A program made the position numbers and the translations under genes. The notes beneath the pieces were generated by a model. That model had not been told where the DNA came from, ran no database searches, and saw only the letters and a list, made by a program, of their open reading frames with translations. This document shows positions 1 through 12,548 of a stretch of 64,000 nucleotides of DNA, one piece after another. This DNA comes from Octopus vulgaris (Eukaryota), in NCBI GenBank assembly GCA_951406725.2, contig OX597827.1:12710001-12774000 (forward strand), read 5' to 3'. Each line of letters begins with the position of its first letter. Position 1 is the first letter of the stretch.

Positions 1-286
1 TACATCAAATCAGTTTAGCAGCTGAAATACATTTATTTTTCTCTACTTTTCTAAATAACGTATCAAAGTATGTTGCATGTTCTTTTAGAAAACAGCCAGC
101 CTTGTGTTACAGATATAGCACAAAACTCTAGGGGGGGAACGGATTTGTATATACCAGTAACAATACACCTGAGGCAAAAAAAGCTCGAAGGAGCGTTTTG
201 TATGCTAAATATATATACGTCCATTAGGGTATCACATATGTAATACAGTTGGTAAAAATAAACTTCGAATAATCTTTTATTCTATA

Positions 287-610
287 CTAGCAGTATCGCC
301 CGGCGTTGCTCGGGTTTGTAAGGGAAATAACTATATAAGCATTTTTAGAGTGTTATAGTCAAAAAATAGCAAAAAAATGCATTAAAAATGGAAAACAAAT
401 CATGATAAATTTTTTTTTAAATCGTTGACTCATCGTAGACATTTTTAGAGAGTTACTTCCCTTATATAATAGCGAAAAAAATGCATTAAAATGGAAAAAA
501 AATGATTGGTAAATTTTTTTTAAATCGTTGACTCATCGTAGACATTTTTAGAGAGTTACTTCCCTTATATAATAGCGAAAAAAATGCATTAAAATGGAAA
601 AAAATGATAA
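287..610 (-). mobile_element. Non-autonomous Helitron, family H1, 5'-truncated
   Basis: The minus strand ends ...cccgagcaacgccgggcgatactgCTAG|t (subterminal hairpin plus CTAG). Same sequence as the full copies at 5657, 22485, 41307 and 56768. Confidence 0.85.
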
Positions 611-694
611 ACACACCACTATCAGTTGTCAAGCAGGGGTGGGAGACAAACACAGACATAAATACATACTAACACACACACATGTATGCACGCA

Positions 695-725
<31 letters not shown>

Positions 726-792
726 GCACGTGCACACTTTCAGTTTCTGCCTACAAAGTCCATTCACAAGGCTTCGGTCAACTTAAGGCTAT

Positions 793-1264
793 TCTCTTTA
801 CTCTCTCTTTTACTCTTTTACTTGTTTCAGTCATTTGACTGTGGCCATGCTGGAGCACTGCCTTTAGTCGAGCAAATCGACCCCAGGACTTATTCTTTGT
901 AAGCCTAGTACTTAATGTATCAGTCTCTTTTGCTGAACTTATTCTATCTGTACTTATTCTATCTGTACTTATTCTATCGGTCTTTTTTGCCGAACCGCTA
1001 AGTTACGGGGACGTAAACTCACCAGCATCGGTTATCAAGCAATGCTAGGGGGACAAACACACACACATACACACATATATATATATACATATATATATAT
1101 ATACATATATACGACGGGCTTCTTTCAGTTTCCGTCTACCAAATCCACTGGTCAGCCTGAGGCTATAGCAGAAGACACTTGCCCAAGGTGCCACGCAGTG
1201 GGACTGAACCCGGAACCATGTGATTCGTAAGCAAGCTATTTACCACACAGCCACTCCTACGCCT
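793..1264 (-). mobile_element. tRNA-derived SINE family A (about 400 bp, internal TA/CA microsatellite, gtaaaaga tail)
   Basis: A-box-like tggctgtgtggt and B-box-like ggttcagtccc in the head. More than 15 near-identical copies in the window. Confidence 0.9.
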
Positions 1265-1566
1265 ATTGTAGAAGATACTTGCCCAAGGTACCATGCAGTT
1301 GGACTGAAATTGAAACCACGTAGCTGAGAAGAAAACTTCTGACGATGCAGCCACACCTGCAAGGTATTTTTGGAGGTAAGCAAGAACAACCGGGATTTCA
1401 TATATAAACATATATACAAAAGTAATTTAAATGATGTCACAACTATAAATAAACAGTAGGAAGTGGTCAGATACCTTGGCTTGCTAGTTGTTGGTTATAT
1501 TTGATAGTTTATGCCACCTAGATTACGTATTTAGTTATGAAGCTAAATGTAAAAAAATGTATTATA

Positions 1567-1992
1567 GGCGCTGGAATGGCTGTGTGGTAAGTAGCTTGCT
1601 TACCAACCACATGGTTCCGGGTTCAGTCCCACTGCGTAGCACCTTGGGCAAGTGTCTTCTACTATAGACTCGGGCCGACCAAAGCCTTGTTAGTGGATTT
1701 GTTAGACAGAAACTGAAAGAAGCCCGTCGTATATATGCATATGCATATATACTTGTGTGTATATATGTTTGTGTGTCTGTGTTTGTCCCTCCAACATCGC
1801 TTGACAACCGATGCTGGAGTGTTTACATCCCTGTAACTTAGCAGTTCGGCAAAAGAGACCGATAGAATAAGTACTGGGCTTACAAAGAATAAGTCCTGGG
1901 CTTACAAAGAATAAGTCCTGGGGTCGATTTGCTCGACTAAAGGTGGTGCTCCAGCATGGCCACAGTCAAATGACTGAAACAAGTAAAAGAAT
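1567..1992 (+). mobile_element. SINE family A
   Basis: Full head, body and tail, with an internal duplication of gggcttacaaagaataagtcct. Confidence 0.9.
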
Positions 1993-2337
1993 AACGAGTA
2001 TAATAAACTTAGAAGTGCTGTGAAAACTTTTGGGAGCTCAGAGAGAATGTTTTTGGTTTTATCTGCATGGAAATTGAAGTTCTGATGGATACATCAAGTA
2101 CAAGGCTAAATAGTAGTAAGAAGATTTGAATGCAGGTTTGAAGAAGCTAGATTCGAGGATAATCTATCAGCTATGAAAACATTAACTTACATGATGTTCA
2201 GAGCATTGTTCAGAAGTTACGCTAAACAAAAAAAAAAAACAATTTATTAGAATAACCTGATGTGTGCTAGATATGGACATTTCATATCACTGAAGAAGGA
2301 TAATGAGTAACAAATACTCTATGCTAATAGTGAAAGA

Positions 2338-2520
2338 CAGTGCTTTTCAACATTTTTGCTGGAGCAGAACCCCAAGGAAACATTCCACTCGCTCGAGGAA
2401 CCCCTGTGCAATAATTTAATAGTCTTATGCACACATATCTGCACAGGAGAATTAAAAATTACTGTCGGACTGTACTGGCGGAACCCTAAGGTTCCGCGGA
2501 ACCCTGGTTGAAAACCACTG
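2338..2520. mobile_element. hAT-type MITE
   Basis: TIRs cagtgcttttcaa / ttgaaaaccactg and 8-bp TSD gtgaaaga / gtgtaaga. Second copy at 37338. Confidence 0.85.
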
Positions 2521-2732
2521 GTGTAAGATGTCCCTCACAATGGAAGATAAAAGCTGTTGAGAGGAATCGCATTATAATGGACACACAGGGTGGGGGGAAA
2601 AAAGAATTACAGCTGATCTGTCAAAACCATGCCGGTAAGCAAAGTGGGCATTTAGAATAAATTAAAAAGCTAATGCTAAACTTATGGTGATAATAATCCC
2701 TCTCACTCTGTGTTTTTTATTATCATTATTAT

Positions 2733-2790
<58 letters not shown>

Positions 2791-2791
<1 letters not shown>

Positions 2792-3054
2792 GCAGCATGG
2801 AAGGTGTTTGTAAGCCATTTAAGAAACACACAAAAGCCGTTCAATTCACTTCAACAATTAAGTTTAATTTGTCAAAATATTTTCGTCACTATAAGACCGC
2901 GAAAAAATATTTTGACAAATTAAACTTAAATGTTGAAGTGAATCGAACGGCTTTTGTGTGTTTCTTAAATGGCTTACAAACACCTTCCACACTGCAATTG
3001 TTTTCATTCCAGCACACAATCTCAGATCAAATCACTTGCTATGCAAGTACATCT

Positions 3055-3058
<4 letters not shown>
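2791..3058. mobile_element. Fold-back (about 95-bp arms) Penelope-like terminal module between (TA)n tracts
   Basis: Inverted repeat 2791-2886 versus about 2900-2996, followed by a short unique tail; (TA)n on both sides. The Penelope assignment is inference. Confidence 0.6.
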
Positions 3059-3137
<79 letters not shown>

Positions 3138-3149
3138 TGTATGTATATA

Positions 3150-3531
3150 CTAGCCGTTGGACCCAGCGTTGCTCGTGTTTCCAGTATTGAAGTTAAACAC
3201 ATCTCTGACCTTGTACTGAATAAACATTTCCTTAGAGACTATTCTATAGATTTTTTTGAAATTTTACCCATGAAAAAAGGCAAAAGCTGCAGGAAAAATA
3301 ACATAGTTATGGGAATTTTCATTCAAGCGCCAAATTGAGCTCACAAAAATATATGCCAACTGAGCATTATCAAGTTTTCGAAAAATTCCAGCCTTATTTG
3401 AACTTCAGTGCATGTGATCTACCTATGTACCAAAAATCCTTAAAATCGGTTGGACAGTGAGGGAGGAGCTGAAGTAACCCCGCCCCAAACACACACGCAG
3501 ACAGGCACCATTACACATTTATGTATATAGA
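3150..3531 (-). mobile_element. Non-autonomous Helitron, family H2
   Basis: The minus strand starts TCtatatacataaa and ends cacgagcaacgctgggtccaacggCTAG; inserted between A and T. Confidence 0.75.
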
Positions 3532-3589
3532 TATGTGTGTGTGTGCACGCACGTGTGTGTATACTCACGTCTGTGTATACATATATACT

Positions 3590-3885
3590 GGACTTCCCTG
3601 TCATTAAAGGACGTATGAGTGTTTGACAATTTCTTACAGGACAACCACACAGACGATTTGTTTATATAATGATCAAATGTTTGTGTAGACATAAGCTCAC
3701 TCTCTCCATCAAATCGAGACTACCTGTACAGTTGCAACTGGATATATGTCAGATGTTGAAATGATCACACAGCAACATGGAAAGAAGTGCTTTGTTCGAG
3801 AACACAACGCAACGCCCGGTCTGGGAATCGAACCCACTATCTCACAATCATGAGTACAACACCCTAACCACTAAGCCTTGCGACT
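3590..3885 (-). mobile_element. tRNA-derived SINE family C, diverged
   Basis: ggtctgggaatcgaaccc is the reverse complement of a B-box. Similar to 17208-17573 and 46250-46490. Confidence 0.65.
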
Positions 3886-3914
3886 TATATGTACTATACA
3901 TACATTTATATATT

Positions 3915-4123
3915 TTGTCTTTTACCTCTTTCAGACATCTGACTGTTGCCATGCTGGGGCACCAACATGAAGGGCTTTAGTCAAACGAATGATCCCAGGG
4001 GTGGGTGTTTTTATTTTTAAGCCTAGTACTTATTCTATCAGTCTCTTTTGCTGAACCACTAAATTACTAGGGTGCAAGCTCACCAATACCAAGCAGTGGT
4101 GGAGGACAAACACAGACATGAAG

Positions 4124-4164
<41 letters not shown>

Positions 4165-4312
4165 CATATATACATATTTACAATATCCACCCGCAAGGCT
4201 TTGGTTGGCCCAAGGCTATAGTAGAAGACACTTGCCCAAGGTGCCACACAGTGGGACTGAACCCAGAACATTGTGGTTGGAAAGCAAGCTTCTTACCACA
4301 CAGCCATGCCTG
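3915..4312 (-). mobile_element. SINE family A, older copy
   Basis: Homologous to 793-1264. Confidence 0.8.
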
Positions 4313-4316
4313 CACT

Positions 4317-4408
<92 letters not shown>

Positions 4409-5239
4409 ATGTATGTATGTATGTATATAAATACATGCACATTCATACATATAAATGTGTATGTATGTATACATAAATATAAATATATACATATGAATAC
4501 ACACACACACTCATACATATGCACACATACACACACACACATGCATACACACATTAAATTGAGCTTCAGATCTAGAAATAGGCAAATAGATTCTAAATGG
4601 CTTGTACAAATTTTTTCCTTTTTTCTTTTTCCTATAATATATCATTTTTCTTTTGTTCTCATCTGCACAGCATGGATTTGTGTATATTTCACGCAATCCC
4701 GATAAGTGCTGCAATTTTAATTACCTTGTTGTGTAATGGGAGCTGTAGAAAACTCAAGAATTCAGCACGCTAATGAACTAATTCAATGATCTGAATAATT
4801 TTATATACATTTAATGATAAATAAATTATATTTGTCATAGTTAATTTATGTGGCTTAATGCCAAATAACTGTTAATTGTTGATAAATACATTATTTTTGA
4901 AATTTAAAGCAAAGCAGTGTTAGCAAACCTGATAATATTGGTTTCATAGATTTGCCAAAAAATTAATAATAAAATTTTGTTTTGATATATATTTATCAAT
5001 GTTGAATTCATATTAGAAATAATACAGAATATATATATTCTATAATTTTTAATGGTTATTATGTCTTCATCAAAGAATTCTTTATCATGTAGTGTGGCAC
5101 CATAGGCACAGATATGTCTATGAAATACAGAAATTCACTTTCCAAATGTGTAGTTTCTGGGTTCAATCTTGCTGAGCAGCAACTTAAGCCAGGTGGTTTT
5201 TTTTTTTGATTTTTAGTGTAGTCTCATGTTGATCAAGAT

Positions 5240-5650
5240 CTATAACTTACGAATAGAATTTGGTAAAAAAAGAATGGCAACTGAGACAAAACTTCGAAGT
5301 GATGTGCAAAAATACGAACTTGTTACTAGTTCAAATATATTTGAGGCACACTCAAACACACAAGAAAGCTACTCACTGTGTTTTTCACGGAGAAAATTTC
5401 TCACTGTTGACGAACGGTTTTAATTACACCAAATCAGCCTACCAGGGTGGAATTTCATAAGAAAGCTATAGCACCTTGTGTCAGCTTGCAGTTCTGCCTT
5501 GTCTGATTTCTGTTGCTGAAGAGGAGATAACTACTGCAAAATGCATGCATCCTACAATCAGCTCAGGTAGTACTGCAACTTGATTCAGTGTATTTACACC
5601 CACATGTCAAGAGTGAGGAATTTGCCTCGAAGATATTTTGTCATTCGCAT
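5240..5650 (+). mobile_element. Decayed Penelope-like 3' end with hammerhead relic at 5511-5556
   Basis: tgttg-CTGAAGA-ggagataactactgc-aaaa-tgcatgca-tc-ctaca. The upstream sequence only weakly resembles a GIY-YIG C-terminus. Confidence 0.4.
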
Positions 5651-5656
5651 AGTATA

Positions 5657-6055
5657 TCTTTATATATAAAAGTGAGGTTGTGTGCTGTCTGTCTCCTACG
5701 ATTTAGATTCCTAAATACTCCCACAGTTTGCGGTGCAGTTTAACCAAAACCGGGTATCTTATAGTCGTGATTCATATCGAGCCCTTCTGGGTATTAGCGC
5801 ACGTCTACGATGAGTCTACGATTTTAAAAAAAATTTACCATGAATTTTTCCCATTTTTAATGCATTTTTGGCATATATAAGGGAAGTAACTCTCTAAAAA
5901 TCTATTATTAAATCTCAGAACGTAAAAAGCTACAGTAACACCCCCCTCCCTTTGTGGTTAGCCATATTGAGATGGCTATTATACTTTACATCTGTAAAAA
6001 TGCTTATATAGTTATTTCCCTTACAAACCCGAGCAACGCCGGGCGATACTGCTAG
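5657..6055 (+). mobile_element. Non-autonomous Helitron H1 with a foreign internal segment
   Basis: a|TC...CTAG|t termini and 3' hairpin cccgagcaacgccggg. Segment 5902-5990 differs from the other copies. Confidence 0.9.
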
Positions 6056-6195
6056 TGAAATATGAAGTAAACCCAAATGTAAGGAAAGATAATTCTGTTG
6101 GGCATTGATATTGCAGAATATTTCTGTTTAAATGCACTAGTGTCTCACTCCATACTGATACAAATACACACTCACATAAATATATGAGTACATAA

Positions 6196-6232
<37 letters not shown>

Positions 6233-7553
6233 TGCATACACATGCATTAATAATATCTGTTCGTATTCCTTCATATATTTTACAAAATTTAAACTACTTA
6301 ATTTATTAAACTTAATAATTGAGAAGGATGAGGGGGAATAAATGTGATTGTTATAAATATAGTTATTATAAATATCATAATCATAATAATATTGTTCAAA
6401 CAAAATTTCATTTTCTCATTTTCTAATTTTTTTTTTTTTCCTTTTTGCTATATTTCTAATATTTTTGGAAATGTCTTAAGTAAAAATTTCTGTTTAAAAT
6501 TATCAATCTTGTGGCAACTGCTACTATTTAAAAAAATAAAAATTATATTATTGAAAAATTTTATGACAGTAATTACAACAAACTAAAATTAATTTCTAAT
6601 TGCATTTCTGTAAAATTCCTCAATTTCATAAACCAATCAGTAAAAATTCACTTCATTAAGCGTTGATTAGATACTTCATTAAAACTTCTCATTCCTGCTA
6701 TCACAATTGGAAAATATCTGGAAAAAAAAAACTATTTTTGATTTATATTTTTGTTGCTAATGCTACTTTATTTCATTTTTTATTGTTTTTATTTATTTAC
6801 TTATTTGTTTTCTTTTTTATTTTATCTTATTTATCAATTTTTTTTTTTTAATCTTTCCTTCCGAAAAGCATCAATAAATCATTTCTTCAATAACCATTTA
6901 TTAACTATTGGCGTTATCATTAATCTTCAGATAGCATTTATCAATTCTTCACTTATAAGAAATCTAAAATTGTTGCTATGAATAAATGGATATGCAAAAA
7001 ACAACAACAACAACAACAACAATAATAATAAATCGAAAATAAAAACATAAAAAAAGAATGAGAGAGAAATTAAATATATCAGGAAAAAATATCTAAATAT
7101 ATGAATCTAAATATATTTTTCAATAGTAATAAGAAATTTTTTTCCATTTGTTTTTTAGTCATAATAAACTATGATTTAGAAATCATATTTGAAGGAAAAT
7201 CCTCATCAATGGAAATTAGTTGTTGCTGCTGCTGCTACTGCTGCTGCTGTTACTCCTGCTGCTGCAGTTGATGTTTAATCACAGGTTAGCTCTGAATGAG
7301 AAGACCTATGATCAAAAGGTGAAGGTGTGAGGTCTAGGGATTAAGATGTTGGACTTAGGATCGTAAAGACATGGATTTTGGTTCTCAAGAAGAGTGGCAC
7401 ATTGTGTCCTTGAGCAAGGCAGATCACTTCATGTTGCTCCCATCCACTGAACTGAAAACAAATGTATTTGCTACGAAGTGACACTTTGCGGACTATTTAC
7501 ACCAAATCTTGCAAATACAAAATGTCAACGGCTCTTCACAGTTAGGAACACTG

Positions 7554-7845
7554 GATGGTGGTGGTGGTAGTGGCGGTGGTGGTGGCGGCGGCGGTGGCGG
7601 TGGTGGTGGCAGTGGTGGTGGCAGTGGTGGTGGTGGTGGCGGCGGTAGTGGTGGTGGCGGCGGTAGTGGTGGTGGTGGTGGTGGTGGTTGCGGCGGTGGT
7701 GGCGGCGGTAGTGGTGGTGGTGGTGGTGGTGCTGCTGCTGCTGGTGGTGCTGCTGCTGCTGCTGCTGGTGGTGGTGGTGGTGGTGGTGGTGGTGGTGGTG
7801 GTGGTGGTTGTGATGACAGTGATAATGATGACATTGATGATGATG
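7554..7845. repeat. (GGT/GGC/GCT)n compound trinucleotide microsatellite
   Basis: Read directly; explains the Gly-, Pro- and His-rich ORFs. Confidence 0.95.
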
Positions 7846-8204
7846 CCAATTCCGATTGTGACCATCCCAGATAAATATTTTCCACTGTCCTTCCTTTTTT
7901 TTATTTTTAGAGAAGTTAGTGTTACTTAAAAAAAGCAATATTTGACTGCTATTTCTAGCATGTTAAGCAACAGCATAGATGCTCCCTAATTTTGCTTGAT
8001 AAGAATTAATAATATCTGATGTGATATTTCACTGAACTGTGATATGTTCTCACCAGAGCCAATGATGCAACATTTTCCACTCCTCGTTGGAAAGTGCTAT
8101 ATTGGTGATGCAAAGATAACAAATGCACAGCCTTGCACTGAAATATATTTCATTAATAGCATTAATAGCAATGTGATTATTGAGTTAAGTGGAATGATAC
8201 AACA

Positions 8205-8862
8205 AGCATGGTTGTGTGGTAAGAAGCTTGCTTCCCAATCACAAGCTTCCAAGTTCAGTCCCACTGCATGGCACCTTGGGCAAATGTTTTCCACTCTAGC
8301 CTCATGTTGACCAAAGCCTTGTCAGTGGATTTGGCAGACAGAGACCGAAAAAGGCCTGTTGTGTGTGTATATATATTTCTTTATTGCCCACAAGGGGCTA
8401 GACATAGCCGGGACAAACAAGGACCGACAAAGTGATTAAATCGATTACATCGACCCAGGGCGTAACTGGTACTTTATTTATCGACCCCGAAAGGATGAAA
8501 GGCAAAGTCGACCTCGACGGAATTTGAACTCAGAACGTAACGGCAGACAAAATACGGCTACGCATTTTGCCCGGCGTGCTAACGTTTCTGCCAGCTCGCC
8601 GCCTTATTGTGTGTGTATATATATATGTGTGTGTGTGTGTCTGTGTCTATGTTTGTCCTCCCACCATCGCTTGACAACCAGTGTTGGTATATTTACGTCC
8701 CCATAACTTAGTGGTTTTGCAAAAGAGACTGATAGGAAAAGTAGTAGGCTTACAAAGAATAAGTCCTGGGGTCGATTTGTTCAACTGAAAAACTCTTTAA
8801 GCTGGTGTTCCAGCATGGCCAGCATCAAATAACTGAAACAAGTAAAAATGAAAGAGTAAGAG
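8205..8862 (+). mobile_element. SINE family A interrupted by a family B SINE
   Basis: Head 8205-8375; the body resumes at about 8606. Confidence 0.85.
8376..8605 (-). mobile_element. tRNA-derived SINE family B (Meta-domain-like core gcctttcatcctttcggggtcgataa...agtaccag)
   Basis: The core resembles the MetaSINE/Sauria-SINE central domain (from memory). Intact copies at 20071, 47508 and 61072, plus more than 10 decayed copies. Confidence 0.85.
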
Positions 8863-9289
8863 AATATATCAGTTTCAAATTTTGGCACAGTACCAACAAT
8901 TTGGGTGGGGTTGGTGGTAATTGATTACATCAACCCCCAGTGTTCAACTGAAAGGTCGAAAGGCAAAGTCAGCCTCATCAGAATTTGAACTCAGAACGTA
9001 ATGACAGACAAAATGTTGCTGAACCAATTACTGTAGCAGCTCATTGCTCCCAGTTAAGTGAAATAATGCAAGACATAAAATTGGCTTCAAATTTTGGCAC
9101 AAGACCAGCAATTTTGAGGGAGTAGGTAAGTCATTACATTGATCCCCAGCATTCAACTGGTACTTATTTTATCAACAATGAAAGGATGAAATGCCACTAA
9201 GCATTTTACCCAGTATTTTTTTATTCTTTTATTCTATATATCTATATATAAACATATGTACACACACACATATTGAAAAGCAGATAACA

Positions 9290-9840
9290 CAGTAGGTCTA
9301 ATGCATATATTTACATGGAATACAAAAGAAAGAAATAAAGTAATGAAAAGAGTTATGTAGTAGTCTAATCTTGACAGCTGTTTCAGGACCATCATGGTTT
9401 ATGCCATAACAATATTCATAAATGATAAAAACCCATGATGTTGTAGGTGTTTATAATAACAAAGGTTTTGATGGATTTGTTAGTCAAGGCTGGTCACCAT
9501 CATTAGAAGAATATAGCAAAGGCAAACAGTAACCATAATTAAGCTGCTGCTATTTTGCTGATTTACAATGTGGGGTCTGGCATTGACATGCAAGAGTATA
9601 GGCGTCTCTCTGTTTATTAATGCCAGATATGTCCTGGCTAATATAAAATTATTTCTTCAATTTACTCACAGTAAGGATTGGGATGTTATTATTTCTCTTG
9701 GTTGCAGAAACAAAGAATGGATGATTCCCTGATTTTAAAGCATCAACTCTTTTCTATATTTGCTGACAGCATAGTTTTAGGAAATCTTAAATTTGATTGC
9801 TGGTTATAAGAGAGTTTTAATGTTCTTCCCTTGGTTTTGC
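9290..9840 (-). mobile_element. Penelope-like element 3' relic (GIY-YIG C-terminus plus hammerhead-like motif)
   Basis: The minus strand gives degenerate KTKGRTLK... and KLKK*FYISQDISGINKQR, followed by the hammerhead motif at 9369-9510. Confidence 0.55.
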
Positions 9841-9842
9841 AA

Positions 9843-10490
9843 ATGCTATCTGTAAAAGAAGTCAGACTTTTGCTTTCGTATGCATATAAACTTGATATGA
9901 ATGCATCTCATGCTGTTGAGAATATCAATGATGCATTTGGGATGTGAACTTGCAATGCAATAAAAGGAAGAAGATGGCTCAATAAATTTTGATTTGGAGA
10001 CATGTGTTTGAATAATGTACCTCCTAGACACTCCCCATCAGTGTTAATCGGTTAAACATTGAAACATGTTATAGAGGGTAATCCTAAGGCTATTGTTTAA
10101 TCTCTTATCAATAATTGAAAGGTTTCAAAACCATCTGCAGGACATCATCATGCAATGATGAGTAAAGTGAGAAAGATGGACAATTATGTTCCGCATGAAT
10201 TAACTGCTGCAAACAAGATGCAAACTTTGATAGTCTCTTCTTTCCTTCTTGCGTAAAATGAAAGGCAACCATATTTGAAAAGAATAGTCATCATTACTGA
10301 TGTGTTTTGTATGACAACAGCAAAAGCTTCTGATAATAGCCATTTAATAAAGAATCACCTAAATACATATCAAAATTCCTTTTACACCCACAAGATGTAA
10401 TGGTTACTGTTTGGCCAATACTTGGAATTCAACTTGGGATCAGAACAATAGAACGATTGCATTACAAAATTAATTCCCATCCATCTTTAA
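9843..10490 (+). pseudogene. Mariner transposase relic
   Basis: MLSVKEVRLLLSYAYKLDMNASHAVENINDAFG (HTH), VPHELT, PYLKRIV, YDN and LHPQDVMVTVW, with stops and frameshifts. Confidence 0.85.
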
Positions 10491-10661
10491 CCTCTGATCA
10501 AACACTCCTGGGGTGTATTATAGTCATGCTATTTAACTTGCTTTAGTTTTGGGTTTCAGGCTCAATTAGACCTCCACAGGAGCTAGCTTAAAGTTCCACA
10601 CAGGTTGACTGTTTTAAGCTAGTAGTATATATATGACATCTCATTGATGATGATGATGATG

Positions 10662-10694
<33 letters not shown>

Positions 10695-10753
10695 CATAGG
10701 CATGTATGTATATATATATACATATGTATGTATGTGTATATATATATATATAT

Positions 10754-10755
<2 letters not shown>

Positions 10756-10788
<33 letters not shown>

Positions 10789-10915
10789 TTAGCGTCCGTT
10801 TTCCATTCTAGCATGGGTTGGACGGTTTAACTGGGGTCTGTGAAGCCGGAAGGCTTCATCAGGCCCAGTCAGATTTGGCAGTGTTTCTACGGCTGGATGC
10901 CCTTCCTAACGCCAA
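10756..10915 (-). mobile_element. Short retroelement with RTE-like 3' end and (GAT)n tail, family D
   Basis: (cat)n-ttagcgtccgttttccattctagcatgggttggacgg... Copies at 19657, 21886, 51274, 53190 and 56110. Confidence 0.7.
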
Positions 10916-11144
10916 ATGTATATAACATTTGCATATAGTTGGATGTTAAGCATTCACCGTAGCACTGCTTTTAGTGTTGTACACTGTTATCCAAGTTTGA
11001 CCTTACTAGTCTGAGCATATATAATGCAAGGAGCATTAATAAGCTTTGCAGAAAAATCAATAACTATTATCATTTTAATTAATAACGGAGACAACATACA
11101 TTGACATAAAACTAAGGGAGACAACATACATTAAGTTTTATCAT

Positions 11145-11613
11145 AAGGAGAGGACTTTTGGAAAGACTTCAAACTTGAAATCTTCAGAGCCCCAGTCGAA
11201 CCAATTCTACTATATGGCTCAGAAACCTGGACGTTATCAAAGAAGCTTGAGAGGCAGTTGGATGGAACCTACACTCGCCTCCTTATGAGAGCTCAAAATC
11301 TCTCGTAGAAGCGTCATCCAACCAAAATGCAAATATATGGGAAACTATCACCTGTGTCATCTCTTGTGAAAGGTAGGAGAGTCCAGTTTGCTGGATATTG
11401 TTGTAGAGCTGAAAAAGAAGTAATTTCTACTCTTCTCCTCTGGAAGCCATCTACTTGCGATACCAGAGGGCGCACACTCTCCTACCCTGATGTAATCTCC
11501 AGGGATACAGGCATCAAGCAACAGAACTTCCGTAATGCCATGATGGACCGTGAAGTCTGGCGTAGCATGGTAAATTCCATTGTCTCGACCACGGTCGAAC
11601 AATGATGATGATG
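11145..11613 (+). mobile_element. 5'-truncated RTE-clade LINE
   Basis: LEIFRAPVEPILLYGSETWTLSKKLERQLDGTYTRLL...MMDREVWRSMV, a (TGA)n tail and a 12-bp TSD aagttttatcat at 11133-11144 and 11614-11625. Confidence 0.92.
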
Positions 11614-12488
11614 AAGTTTTATCATGACCTCATTAGGAAATTTTATACTTTACCATATTACCCCAAATAGCAATGAAAGAATCACTAAGGAAATCTACAC
11701 TAGGTGTTGTAGAAAAATATAATTATTTAGAGAGTAAATAACTCTAATTTGTATAACAGGTACAGTGTCAAAATCAGTGAGAGCATAATACAAAACATAA
11801 AACTGTCCATTCAATGACTATCTTACTCTCCATCAAATTGGCCATATGTAATAATCAGTGTATTAATCTTAATTATGTTACCATAGAACTAATTATTGAA
11901 GAATATGAGAAACATTATATTAGATTGTCTTGAGTTTGTTTCTTATCATAAAAGGTATATATTCCTTCAAGCGAATAGGAAAATAACCCATGATTAATAA
12001 GTTTGTTTGTTATGAAGTAATGTCGCATACACACACATACATGTACGTGTATGTATATGTATATATATATATATATATATATGATATAAAATAGAGATGT
12101 GTGTATATTAGCTTTCCATGTGGAAATGGCTTCACCAATTGATTCCATACCTGTGTTGCATGAATAATTTGACCTTGGACACATGTTAGGCTCTTCATTT
12201 GATTTTCTTTTTTAAATAAAAAAATATTGTTTTTTATATTAGATTCACATCTTTGAAAGTTTTTAAAAATATTTACTTCCGGGTTTTCTAGTGTCAGTGA
12301 TGTAACAACTACATGTATGTATACAATGCACCATTGAATATTTATATTTTAACTGCTTCACATTGGTGCTTCTTTTTTTTTGTTTTCTTTTGGCTCCTGG
12401 GGAAAATACCTGAATGTCACAGCTTCTTATATATTTCTTTCTTGAAAATCTTATTCTTAACCTTCCTTATAGAAACATTTTATGCATG

Positions 12489-12548
<60 letters not shown>

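Noticed and set aside
1567-1640. tRNA-like A and B boxes
   Set aside because: These are SINE heads that continue into the SINE body, not tRNA genes.
7493-7938. Gly-rich, Pro-rich and His-rich ORFs
   Set aside because: They are open in five frames only because of a trinucleotide microsatellite; no splice or domain support.
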